DNA of 60,639 bases, filler included, from Nemertoderma westbladi (lineage: Eukaryota > Animalia > Xenacoelomorpha): assembly GCA_032718475.1 (NCBI GenBank). It is 3 parts of 3 records of this genome, joined end to end, with 100 filler letters (N's around TTAATTAATTAA, not from the genome) between each part and the next. Parts side by side here need not be neighbours in the genome. Positions count along the whole stretch, not along the records: positions 15,599 to 45,169 come from JAUCBJ010004815.1; 2 more parts are not named here. The stretch is one strand, 5' to 3'. A program made the position numbers and the translations under genes. A model generated the notes under the pieces. The model was not told the DNA's origin. It did no database searches and saw nothing but the letters and a program-made list of their open reading frames with translations. Each line of letters begins with the position of its first letter. Position 1 is the stretch's first letter. Below, piece by piece: positions 25,001 through 36,689 of the stretch.

Positions 25001-28000
25001 TCATAAAGCAGTCCAGAGAGAAGACACCGGAAAACAAGGTAAGTGAGAAACCCGTCTCTAGGAGAAAGGTAACACCAGTGTGTTATACAGACGACGGCGA
25101 AAGCCAGACTTCTCAAGGAGAGGATAGCGGGAAAGACACTGAAAGATCTTATTATGTCAATAAAATGCCTAAAGACCAGGTAAGTAAATTCAAGTCTCGA
25201 ACCAATGACAGGAGAGAACAGGTAAGAAAAACTCCTCCCACGTCTCCCAAGAGAATTCAGGTGAGAAAGCCCGAAGAAAGAACAAGTGTGCACAGTGTTA
25301 TTCAAAATAAGGTAAGTAACATCAAACCGAAATGTGCGCTATGTGACGGGACCCACCGTTTGAATATGTGTGATGAATTCCTGAAGAAATCATTAGCGGA
25401 GAGACGGGAAGTCATGTGGGATAAGCGGTTGTGTTATAATTGCCTCAGACAAGGACACCAATGGCGAACCTGTTACTCTGACACAAGGTGTGCCAAGTGT
25501 GGTGCGAAACATCATATCTTGTTGCACACTGAATTCGAGCGAAATAGTCCGAGTCAGGTAAGTGATTCCGAACTACATGTCCAATTCAGTGATGTGAATG
25601 ACACTGATCAATCTGAGATGGAAGGATTCTATACGGACGAGTTCTCCGACGAAAACGAATCTTGTTACATGATAAATACCGCAGTGTATCGAGCACTCAC
25701 GTATGAAAAAGATACAGACAGCGACCTCACCCTAACTACTTCTGATCAACAACCATCTTGGAAAGCGCCAACTTCCAATGTAGGAATCCGAGAATTTCCT
25801 GTAGTACAGGTAAGGGTCCACGGACCAAAAAGGAGTTATGTAGTGAACGCCCTCCTTGACTCTGGTAGTACAGGAACATTCATCGACAAAGAACTAGCCG
25901 AAGACATCTTTGCTGGACAACCCAAGTTCCGAACTAAGCTAAACATGTCAGGAATTATGCAGGTTTGGAAATCTACAGTAATCGCGGATTATTATGTAGG
26001 TTCGTTGTCCACCCCCCAGGATGAACTAGGAGAACATAGCATAAGGTCAGTGAAAATGGTGGCGATAAAGAACTTCGCTACCACCCAAGTGGAACCTTAC
26101 AACTGGGACGAGGACGATTTCACCCAGCAGCTGGAGATACCTAGATTCGACACCGATTACCCTGGAGTGCAAATACTCATCGGTCAAAACGCGCATGAAG
26201 CGCTCGAGACATTGGAGAAACGGCCCGCTCAACCGCAACCATTACAACCTTATGCGGTAAGAACTAGAGTGGGTTGGTACTTTACTGGCCCTTCCCGTAG
26301 AACTCTCATGGAAAGATTACCGAAAGATCAGGTATACCAAGTGCGAGAATGGGAAGTTGAGAACAGTGAGTTAGACGATCCAACTGAGGGAACTCCATAC
26401 TCCTCAGACAACGACGATATACACCAACTCTTCGATGAGGAGAATACAATCGATCTCCTTAAAGAAAACGAGACTTGGCAAAACCAAGTGAACTTATGTC
26501 AGCTCCTTCTTCCATCAGAACGAGATGAATATAACGACGAACTTAATGACATCATTGAACGTTATAATGCCAAGACTCGGGATGAACACGCCGTACGATT
26601 CTTTACTCAAGAGGCTGTAGAGCCCAACTCCTACGATAAGGCCCTATCGGTAGAAGAAGAAAGAGCCAAGCAGATCCAAGAGACAACTACACGTTTTCTT
26701 AAAGATCAAGGTAGATATGAGATCGGTCTTCCTTTCCGAAAGCGAGAACCCAAGTTCATTAACAACCGACCCTTGGCGGAGAAAAGAATTGCTCAACTAC
26801 ATCGACGCCTTACGGCAAATTCTTCAGCTAAAGAAATGTATCAAACGCAGTTGAAGAAGTTTATTAGCAAGGGATATGCGGAGCTAGTACCGGAAGAAAC
26901 ACCTATAACTGAGAGGACGTATTATTTAACTCACCATTACGTTCCCAAACCCGGTAAACCAAATGAGGTACGAGTGGTGTTCGACGGCTCCGCCCTCTAT
27001 ATGGGCCAATCCCTTAATTCTGAATTGTTACCCGGACCCAACTTACTTCAATCATTGTTGGGAATACTTTTAAGACTAAGACAATATTCAATTGCTTTCG
27101 CCTCAGATATAGAAGGCATGTTCTTACAAGTCAAAGCGCTGGATAGGGATCGAGATAGCCTACGATTTCTGTGGTGGCCTGAAGGAGACCTCAACCAGAA
27201 ACCGGTGGAGTACTGGATGACCATCCAAGCTTTTGGGATAATCTCGAGCCCTTCAAATGCCTGTTCCGTGGTGCGCACCACTGCGGATGACAACCGAGAC
27301 GCCTTCTCTAAAGAGGTGATAGACAATATCAAACGAGACATCTACATGGACGACAATCTAAAGTCCCTTCCATCAGTCGAAGAAGCCATCGATGTCGCTA
27401 AAGGAACGGTAGAGTGCTTAAAAAGAGGTGGATTTCGATTAACTAAATTCACCAGCAACTCCCGTGAGTTTCTGGAGTCGATCCCGGTAGAAGATCGAGG
27501 AGGAAAAGACCTAGATCTAATAAAGGATGATCTCCCGGAAACTAAGACCCTTGGTTTGAAATGGGACACAGAAAGAGATATCCTGTTTTTCCAACTAAAA
27601 CAGCGAGATAATCCAGTTCGGACTAAACGGATTTGCTTAAGTATCCTGAGCACTTATTTCGATCCATTGGGATTTATTAGCCCAGTTATATTGATTGCTC
27701 GGAGTTTAGTACAACAAATGTGGCTTGAAAACCACTCATGGGACGATCCACTTAAGGGAGAATTATTAAAGAAGTGGATGAAATGGGAGGATTCTCTACC
27801 AGCCATCGAGAACTTTATAATTTCCCTTTCATATTTTGGTCATGTTCTCCCTACGTATTCCTATCAACTCCATGTGTTTGGAGACGCCAGCGATATGGGA
27901 ATAGGTATAGTAGCCTACCTAAGGGTGTAAACTCCGGACGGAATCAAAGTCGCCTTGGTTACTTCTAAGGCATTGATAAACAATAAGTTGAAAGTTCCTC

Positions 28001-29754
28001 GAGCGGAGTTAAAAGCGGCTCTATACGCTACAGCCATCGGCCGGAATGTAACAGAACAGATCGACTATCCCCTGGAGAAAACTGTCTATTGGACCGACGC
28101 TTTACTCGTGTTGGAGTATATAACCAATGAAGTCTGTCAGTTCAGCGTCTTCGTTACCAACAGAGTAGCCATTATACTCAGTAGCACAATGATGGATCAA
28201 TGGAGACATTGCCCCGGAACGATTAATCCAGCAGACATCGCCTCCAGGGGAGCAACTCCACAAGAACTGGTAGACACTCCAGACTGGTTAGGTGGACCCG
28301 ACTTCCTCTACAAAGAAGAAGAAGAATGGCCTCCTCATCTTACTACAGCAGAGATTAGACAGGCCAAGGGAGCGGAGAAAGTCAAACCTAAAACTCGGGC
28401 GAGTAAATCGAAGTTATTCAAACCCATGGTAGATCTGTCTGTACTACATATTTCAGGAGACGACGCTTTGGATCAGAAACCCACAGCCAAAAATAAACTT
28501 GTTGTGGAAATCCGTGAGAAGGATTGGAAATCTGGAATACCAGACGTCTCGCAAGGACTCTCACCTCTTCTGCAGAGAGCGATACATCACTACAGTTCCT
28601 GGAATCGGCTCTGTAAGGCCGTTACATATTTAAAGAGATGTTTTCACCATCACTACTCCGGGATGAAGACCAAAAGTGATACCGCTCCAATAACATCAGT
28701 GCAGGTCCATGTTATTAAAGATCTTCCCAAATATAAGATACCCGACAGGTTTCTGAAGGAGAAGATCAGTTATCAGGAGCATGAAGAAACCAACAAGCAG
28801 ATGCTGAGACTCCTGCAATGCTATGAAGATTCCGATAAGTATTTCCTGTTGTTGAGAAATCCACAGATGCGCTTAAGGGATCGTTTCTCTAGCACAATGA
28901 TAGATGGGTTGATACGTGTGGGAGGAAGATTAACGAATGCTCCATTATCCTTTGACACTAAGTTCCCCATACTCATTAGAAATCTTGAAATACAAGTCAA
29001 GATGATTGTAGATGTTCACAGCAAACTTTATCATGCTGGTAGGGAACGAGTTCTTAGCGAAATTCGAACTCGCTATTATTTTTATAAACCCCGTAGAGCT
29101 CTGAACCAAGTTCTTAGGAACTGTATACCCTGTAGGAAAGCATTCAGTAGGCCTTTAACACAGCGAGAGGCAGAATTACCTAGGGAACGAGTAAGCTTCT
29201 ATGAACCACCCTTTACTAATACCGGTGTGGATTTATTTGGCCCTATTGAAGTATATCGTGCTAGGACTATGGTCAAGAGATGGTGTGTAATCTTTGTTTG
29301 TATGACTTGTAGAGCCATCCATCTCGATATGGTGAACGATTTATCGACCAACAGCTTCCTATTAAGCTTACGACGACAGATCGCTCGCTTTGGCACTAGT
29401 AACACGATGAGATCTGATAAGGGAACAAACTTCATTGGTGCCAACAATGAAATCAAAGCTTACGTCAAAGATTGGAACCAAAGACAGGTGGACGATCAGC
29501 TACGAGTAACAGCGTCTAGCTGGACCTTCAACGCCGCCGACGCCCCTTGGTGGGGAGGAAGTTGGGAGAGATTAATAAGAAGTGTGAAGACAGCATTTCA
29601 CTTTATAGTGCCTTGCCGCGCGTATCTCACCGACGAACTTTTGCGGACGTTAATGGAGGAAATCGCCGCCTATCTCAACGAGAGACCGCTTATGCCAGTC
29701 TCATCGAGTCCCGATTCCCGGGATCTTGCACTGTCCGGGGGCAGAGAGGGGTAG
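22060..29754 (+). pseudogene. BEL/Pao single-frame Gag-Pol with one in-frame stop (27928-27930) and a truncated integrase C-terminus
   Basis: Three Cys/His knuckles, PR LLDSGST, RT YMDD, YFDPLG, RNase H FGDAS, IN H..H/CIPC, GVDLFGP, SDKGTNF, GGSWERL. The ORFs 22048-27930 and 27955-29754 are in the same frame. First ATG at 22060. Confidence 0.95.
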
Positions 29755-29836
29755 GCAGCGACGCCCGCTCGCCTAAATATAAACCCATTATAATATGGAT
29801 AAACTTATATAGCAGATATGATTGAGTTGATAGAAG

Positions 29837-30427
29837 ATGATCTTGGTATCAGACCTACACGATACGGACGATGTCGACACCGAAAGGGAAATGGTACGAT
29901 TTAAATATCCTACCCAGTGGAGGCGGAACGATAAACTGAGAATGGAACACGAGAATTCTATTCGAAACAGACTCGAAAGAGAAGACGTTGAGGAGCCGGA
30001 TAAACGCAGCGACTTCAACGATTATCTGGAATTCCTGAGAGAAACATATCTCAATATTGTCAGTCAACAAAATCTAGAAACTCGATATCCTCAAGGTATA
30101 CATCATGACCGCATGGTAGAACTCAAACGGCTCTATTCCACTATGATGTATCTTACCGCCGATCGACCGATACCTGTTGTACCGGATAGCTTCGAACGGA
30201 TGGAGGAATATTGTAAGCTGGAGAAAGATCACTCGCGTTTCCCCTACAAGACGTGCGTTTTTGGTATTATTGCGATGAATGCCCAAGACCCAACCAACAA
30301 ACGGAAAGATATAAACATCCGCGGAGACGTTGCTTTAAACACGGTTTTACTCGCTATATTTACGGGAGTTTCGAGCGAAACTTGTTCGATGTATCACCTA
30401 CGCTCGTTCGACTCAGACGATCCTTAA
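29837..30427 (+). CDS. Accessory ORF of unknown function inside the BEL element (196 aa; possible further fragments to ~31180)
   Basis: ATG-initiated, charged and helical-looking ORF between integrase and the 3' LTR. No signal peptide or transmembrane segment is evident. Confidence 0.5.
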   Translation: MILVSDLHDTDDVDTEREMVRFKYPTQWRRNDKLRMEHENSIRNRLEREDVEEPDKRSDFNDYLEFLRETYLNIVSQQNLETRYPQGIHHDRMVELKRLYSTMMYLTADRPIPVVPDSFERMEEYCKLEKDHSRFPYKTCVFGIIAMNAQDPTNKRKDINIRGDVALNTVLLAIFTGVSSETCSMYHLRSFDSDDP

Positions 30428-31206
30428 ATAAACCAATGATCAGAGTTTCGGAATACTCGATCAGATCTCCTCATTCCCTAGTGAGACCTCAGACTCTTGA
30501 TCCTATTAGTATGACGGATCCTCCCGAGCTGTACTCACTATTCAAAAATCTAGTGTTACCTGAACAATTAGTCGGTGGCACCCCGGTTGTGGGCTCCCTA
30601 GATATTAGCCCATCCTACCTAGCCGGATTGGGACGCGGACATTTAATATCGCCGTTTAACCCTTACCATCGTCCCGGCTTAACACGATATGACCTGTCAC
30701 CAAAGTGGCGGAGAGCGTTGTACCAAATGAGTTAGACGCTATTCTACAAAAATCAGAAAAAGAAACTCACGCTTGTTCAGATAAACGTAAATTGCACTAG
30801 CAAGTCCAAGCGGTAAACAAAGTAACTATATCTCAGTTCGATCGGGAAATCCAGAATCTCTAAGAAGTTATCGAACTTGGACGATCCTATTCTCTGCGAG
30901 AGTTTTGGATGAACGTATCCAGCTACGAGCGGAGGAGAATCAGCTCGAGGAGAAGCATATCGAAACGGCGGATACCCCGACCATAATCCTACACTTTCTG
31001 ATGCAATCATATTACACCCTTCACCCAGGAGTTATGGCCCTCCTAGTAAAGTGGCTCCCCCCAAAGAGAAAAGGACTCTTGCTAGCCTCAAAAAACTGCG
31101 TAAACGCCGTCCGCGTAAGAAAGACTAACTGTTTAGAGTATCTTTATATTTTAGAAACTGTGATTTGTTATATTTTATAGACTTAAATCCCATTTTCTGG
31201 GAGCGG

Positions 31207-32365
31207 TGTAAAAGCTTTTGCGTAATTAGCCGGTTATTTTCCCCGTAAAGTACTCTGTAGTTGGTTTACTGGGCATAAAAAGGCCGTTTCCTTACTGTAC
31301 TAGTGTTTTAGAGGACATAAAAGTAATTTCTTCTGTAGGTGTACTTTAGCGGACATAATCCGCAATTTTGTGACGCAATAAGCTGGATCCTCTTGAAAAC
31401 GGTGTGGCTACCATGACGATGGCTAACAGCTGATATTGCAACGTCGAACATTTCTTTGTTCTTTGTTCTCTCGTTGTTCGGTCAACCAATCAGAGCGTTT
31501 TTTGACTCTGTGTTGGAGGTGGGATACAGAAACTCAGTAATTCAGTGTATATGTTTTTGCCCAGAGCCTAAGAACACCGGCTTTTGGCACCTCCGTGTTT
31601 CAGTCTTTAGTCTTACATTAGTAGGCTTAATTATAGAACGTATATCTGTTATCTTACCAAACAAACTATATCTTACTCAATATAATCATTCATATCTTAA
31701 CATTGCTGCTTTTGCTGTCGGTTATTCATTATATTTGTTGATGAAATATTATATTCGGAATACTGATAAACAATCAGACACCCCAATCTTCTTGATATAC
31801 TAAAGGTTAGAGAGACCGGATACATATAACGATTGCGACTTACATTAAGTGGTTTGAAGTGGATCTAATGCTATTTTATAGGCCCTACACGTATTGTCTG
31901 TTGTTCTCCTTATATGTGACTAAAATTAGTGAAGGTCGGCAGATTAGTGTGCAGTATTGTGCAGCATTGTGTATGATTATAACTGATAACAAAGCATCTC
32001 CTAAAGAATGCGCCATATACGTTAATCTATAGCCATTCCGTTGTGTCTAGTTTAAGTCATAACTCTGTTTACATATTTAGAGCGCCACGTCCTAAAGGAA
32101 CTGTTAATATTTCCCGAAAGTGAATAATATTTGTCAGAGATTATATATTACGATCAGTCGAATAATACAGTAGGCTTACACCTAAATCAAGTTAAGCTTC
32201 CGAATCCAGTCTTCCGGGTATATCCAGCGGGTGAATGGTTGCGCATAGACTGGCTTCGGCTAATGTAGTGTATCAAATACTCGTCATAGGCTAAAGACTA
32301 TCTATCATCTAAAAGACATCCCAATTTGGCAGGTTAAACTGTCAAAGGTCTTAAAAGCGCAAACA
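31207..32365 (+). repeat. 3' LTR of BEL/Pao copy 2 (1159 bp)
   Basis: Direct repeat of 19161-20310, followed by the TSD AAACC. Confidence 0.96.
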
Positions 32366-32644
32366 AAACCCTGTCCAGCAAGGTGCGCTTCGCTTTGTAT
32401 TAGAAAAACTCCCCTTGGAAATTGTAAACGGGATTTGTGTTTCAGACAGACAAACTCCAGTTCCAAATGTACACATCCACAACTTCAGCTGCGGTATATT
32501 TAAAATTAACTAACTAACTCAAACAGTTAACAACTATGCCGTCAAAAACTACAACTAACTTAAACTTGTCATCATTTATGATTTAATTACATAATGAGTG
32601 CAGTCACAGTTAGATTGCATAATAGGGTATGTGACCTAGAGTAG

Positions 32645-32785
32645 TTGCTGATACGCGACTTCAGTTCGCCGAAACGCAACTACGAGTTGCCGAAACACAA
32701 CTATAGCAGTTTGTCAAACGTTATTGTTCAGTTGCCGAAACGCGAATTTGTTTTGCCTAAACGTGACAGTTGCCGAAACGCGACA
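32645..32785. repeat. Short GTTGCCGAAACGC repeat cluster
   Basis: About six degenerate units, typical of subterminal arrays of non-autonomous DNA elements. Confidence 0.6.
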
Positions 32786-33059
32786 GAACCAATCTGTGAG
32801 ATGAATCATTACTGAGTTAGCACAGTTACAGCTGTATGTGGACAGACAGACAGTCAGTATAAATATCTTGCAAGTTGGGCAAAACCGGGTAGGTTTACTT
32901 TTCGCAGCACCATAATCAATAACTAATATATTTTATTAGTCTATCTAATCAAAATGTAGGTAGTCTTCATTCAGTCATTTAATACAAATTCCGTATCCGT
33001 ACCATACTACACATTAAAATATGACTTCAGCACTTTAGCATGGCCTAATATAAAGCAGG

Positions 33060-33310
33060 GACTCAAATATACAACAACCTACTGGTACCCAACAACCCCC
33101 ACAACCCAACTCGAACTCGTTACCGTTGGACCCTAACAATACCCTGATACAACCTAAAGACGTATGGAACCAGATCGTTCGCATATGCAGCACCAGCTAT
33201 TTTTAACATCCCAATCAACTCCCATGCATAGGCCCTACCCATAAATTTAGGATCTAGTATCGCTGTGCATAATTTCAAAGCGCCTTTTTATTTATTATTA
33301 TTATTATTAC
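33060..33310 (+). mobile_element. 3' fragment of an L2/CR1-group LINE
   Basis: Translates YNLKTYGTRSFAYAAPAIFN, typical of L2 ORF2 C-termini; followed by a (TTA)n tail. Confidence 0.7.
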
Positions 33311-34624
33311 ATGAAAAAAAATCAATAAAGCACATTATGTAAAATTGATCTTATCATCAGATTTGTATTAATTGTGGTTTGATTATAACGCAGGAAACAT
33401 TGGAGACATTAATTTAAGTATTATTATAGAAACTGCTAGAAGGCAGGCAACATACATATCTAAACCTTAACGTTTCTTTGTATTTTTTTTTATTCCGTTC
33501 CAGCCGCAACTTTACAGAGATATGTAGGCCCACTAGGCGTGTCCTGGCCTGGGTGTACGTCAGTGCGTACCCTGATGTGGGATATTGATTATATACATAA
33601 CAAGAGGATGATGATCTGGTTGTGTAGAAAACTACATCTTTAGTAAATAATCTTATCACATACCAAGAGTTTATATAATAGGTAAATATAGAATTCAATA
33701 TGTATGTCACACAACTATGCATTAGTAATTGTTTGCTCTAAAAGAGTTCATTCATTCAGTTCCTTAATAATGTGAATTCTATATTATTGTTTCACATTAT
33801 ATTTTATTATTGTATATTAGTGGTCTTTCCAGTGGTTGTTGTACTGTATAACGTTGTTGCATAACATAACATCGATAAGAATGAATTTAAATTTCAGATA
33901 CCCAGATAGATACGCAACATTGCAATATAACGGCTCTGTTACAAATTTGCCTTACAGTTTAATAACAGCGAATACTACAATGCATATCAGCGCTAAAACA
34001 CTCTTCCTTATAAAACTATAATACTACTGTGAACTGACTGCGCTCTCCAACTAACGCAAAATAAACGTAATAGTTATCTACCTTAATCACGCTCTGGTGG
34101 TTCCCCAGAACTGCCCAGAGGAAACTGGTATAATTAATTACTCTATTAATTACTTAATAACATCAATTATCATCATATAATTAATTACTATCAGTGAGGC
34201 CACACGTGGTGGTATAGTTAAAAAAAATGAGGCCTGACCAGTCCCTTTGAAATGAATTTTTTTTATTTAGTGCCTCATTCATGACGTATGCATGGATTAC
34301 ATGACAGCATTAATTTAATTAGGGTTGGTCTATGTATGTCAGAATATAGCAACACACTGACTTAACTAGAGTTAGAATTACTATTATGTTAAAGATATTA
34401 TAAGTTGCTACAATAATGTTGTTATTTTTCTGTATAATATTTATGGAATTTAATTGTCACTGTGTAGTAGCGATAATTAATGTCTTCATTACCAACAAAT
34501 TCAGACAGACTGTCTTAGCAATGTCGTACTAAATTCTATATTATATCTTACTGTATATAATTATATGATGTTAGACAACCACGACTTTAGAGGGATTGTG
34601 ATATTAATTTAATTGATCTTAATT

Positions 34625-34725
34625 TCGTGGTGCAGTTTTGTTTGGTTAGGGGTGGTGTTCGTGGCACACTGCTGATGAGGAGAACCACGAATCCCAGGGT
34701 TAAGTGTTCAAATCTCCGAAACCCT
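34625..34725 (+). ncRNA. Degenerate hammerhead-ribozyme-like or tRNA-derived SINE-like structured element
   Basis: CTGATGA (34672-34678), stem GGAGA/TCTCC, GAAAC (34718-34722). Also A-box-like and B-box-like (GTTCAAATC) motifs. No valid NUH cleavage triplet. Confidence 0.35.
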
Positions 34726-35059
34726 TTTATTTTTATAAAATTTATTACTTAGACTTACCTTTTCGCCGGACAAAATGTCCTATATTTTTCTTAATTTATG
34801 GGATATAGCCTATTCGTGCTATACTTACCGGTACCTGTAGTTACTGTATGGTAGTTGGGTTGGGTTATGTAGCACTAAAATCGATTTGGTATTTCATTTT
34901 TTAATAGTCCTTAGTGCCTGAGTACTAACAGTGGCCCAAGTGGCCCTAAATGCTAGGTAGTATCTGAGGGAATAAGACCCCATGTCCTATTTTATTGTTT
35001 TCATACTAATATCTTTTATGAATGCACCTTACATGTATATACTCTGGTGAAATATCGGC

Positions 35060-35235
35060 AGAACCCACAGAACTTCTTCTGCGTTTTGTAACAACTACTG
35101 AGCTCTGGCCAATGTCTCCAACACTGCTCCAATGACGTCAGCAAAGTTGACATCTGTAAAATCACTGGTGATCCTCGTCCTTGTGTCACCAGATTGAGAG
35201 CATATCTCATCCCAATGTGATATAGGTATGTCTAA
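35060..35235 (-). mobile_element. Old RTE-like RT fragment
   Basis: TDVNFADVIGAVLETLARAQ*LLQNAE resembles the RTE motif TDLDFADDIALL...AQ.LL. Confidence 0.5.
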
Positions 35236-35279
35236 GGAAATCCAGTTCACCACGATTAAAATGAGAAGTGGTGCTAATC

Positions 35280-35803
35280 TTACTACTACTACTGTACTAG
35301 GTCGAGCGAACTCGGACAGTGGAAATGAGATCCTTCCAGGCTTCCCGATTCTCCATAGTTGTCGCAATTTCGTTTCTCCCAAGTTCAGTATCCCTTTCAC
35401 GTTGATCTATATATGTTATGGCCGGTCGTCCACGACTACGCTTTCCATGAGTTGGTTGCCAGAAAAGTAGATCTGGTATGACCTCGTCTTTACTTCGCCA
35501 GCAGTGCCCACTGAATCTTAATCTGCGTTCACGGAGGGTGGTTGATACAGGTGGTATTGCACCATAAAGCTCGGCGTTTGTCATGTGTTGTCTCCAGCTG
35601 ATGTTTAGAGCTGCCTTTAGTAGTCTTGTGTAGCAACCATAAATTCGTTGTCCAAGTGATTTAGTTAGTGTCCAGGTCTCACCCCCGTATAAAAATACAC
35701 TTTCCACTGTGGCTCGAAAGAACTTAGTCTTCAGGTGCCTGGAGAGATCTGATTTCCAGATGGTATCCATTTTTGATAGAACTACCCAAGCCTTTGCTTT
35801 CAT
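35280..35803 (-). mobile_element. 5'-truncated RTE-clade LINE (ORF2 C-terminus)
   Basis: VESVFLYGGETWTLTK, LNISWRQHMTNAELY, RRLRFSGHCWR, RSRGRP; (AGT)n tail after the stop. Confidence 0.88.
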
Positions 35804-35907
35804 AAATTGATCTGATCGTCACCTCATTTTTAACATATGTGGTCTCGATAAAGGGCCAAAAGATTTGAATAAGTCCACAAAAGTGTCCACAAATCGCCCG
35901 TTCTTCT

Positions 35908-36540
35908 ACTATGTGAATATGTAATAAACTATGTGAATATGTAATAAACTATGTGAATATGTAATAAACTATGTGAATATGTAATAAACTATGTGAATAT
36001 GTAATAAACTATGTGAATATGTAATAAACTATGTGAATATGTAATAAACTATGTGAATATGTAATAAACTATGTGAATATGTAATAAACTATGTGAATAT
36101 GTAATAAACTATGTGAATATGTAATAAACTATGTGAATATGTAATAAACTATGTGAATATGTAATAAACTATGTGAATATGTAATAAACTATGTGAATAT
36201 GTAATAAACTATGTGAATATGTAATAAACTATGTGAATATGTAATAAACTATGTGAATATGTAATAAACTATGTGAATATGTAATAAACTATGTGAATAT
36301 GTAATAAACTATGTGAATATGTAATAAACTATGTGAATATGTAATAAACTATGTGAATATGTAATAAACTATGTGAATATGTAATAAACTATGTGAATAT
36401 GTAATAAACTATGTGAATATGTAATAAACTATGTGAATATGTAATAAACTATGTGAATATGTAATAAACTATGTGAATATGTAATAAACTATGTGAATAT
36501 GTAATAAACTATGTGAATATGTAATAAACTATGTGAATAT
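35908..36540. repeat. Perfect 20-bp minisatellite (ACTATGTGAATATGTAATAA), ~31.6 copies
   Basis: Identical units with no spacers. Confidence 0.98.
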
Positions 36541-36689
36541 TATGTAATAAAACTGTAATTTTGACTAATATGTATGAAATTAATTTATTTTAAATCAATA
36601 GGTTTTAATTGTTATATAGAAAACTGCGTTCTCCAAACAAGTCAGAAACTAACACAAACTGTTATTGAAAAACAATCATTAATTACATC

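Larger units (their letters stand above)
19161..32365 (+). mobile_element. BEL/Pao LTR retrotransposon copy 2, two LTRs, 13.2 kb
   Basis: TG..CA LTRs; 5-bp TSD AAACC (19156-19160, 32366-32370); gag-PR-RT-RH-IN; short purine tract GGGAGCGG at 31199-31206. Confidence 0.97.

Noticed and set aside
27928-27930. Programmed stop-codon readthrough in Pol
   Set aside because: The TAA lies inside RNase H rather than at a gag-pol junction; a nonsense mutation is simpler.
29837-30735. Envelope gene
   Set aside because: No signal peptide, transmembrane anchor or Cys-rich ectodomain pattern is visible.
31456-31803. 115-aa ORF in the 3' LTR
   Set aside because: Non-ATG start, and indels near its beginning differ among the LTR copies.
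35908-36540. CRISPR array
   Set aside because: Head-to-tail identical 20-mers with no spacers, no cas genes, and a eukaryotic context.
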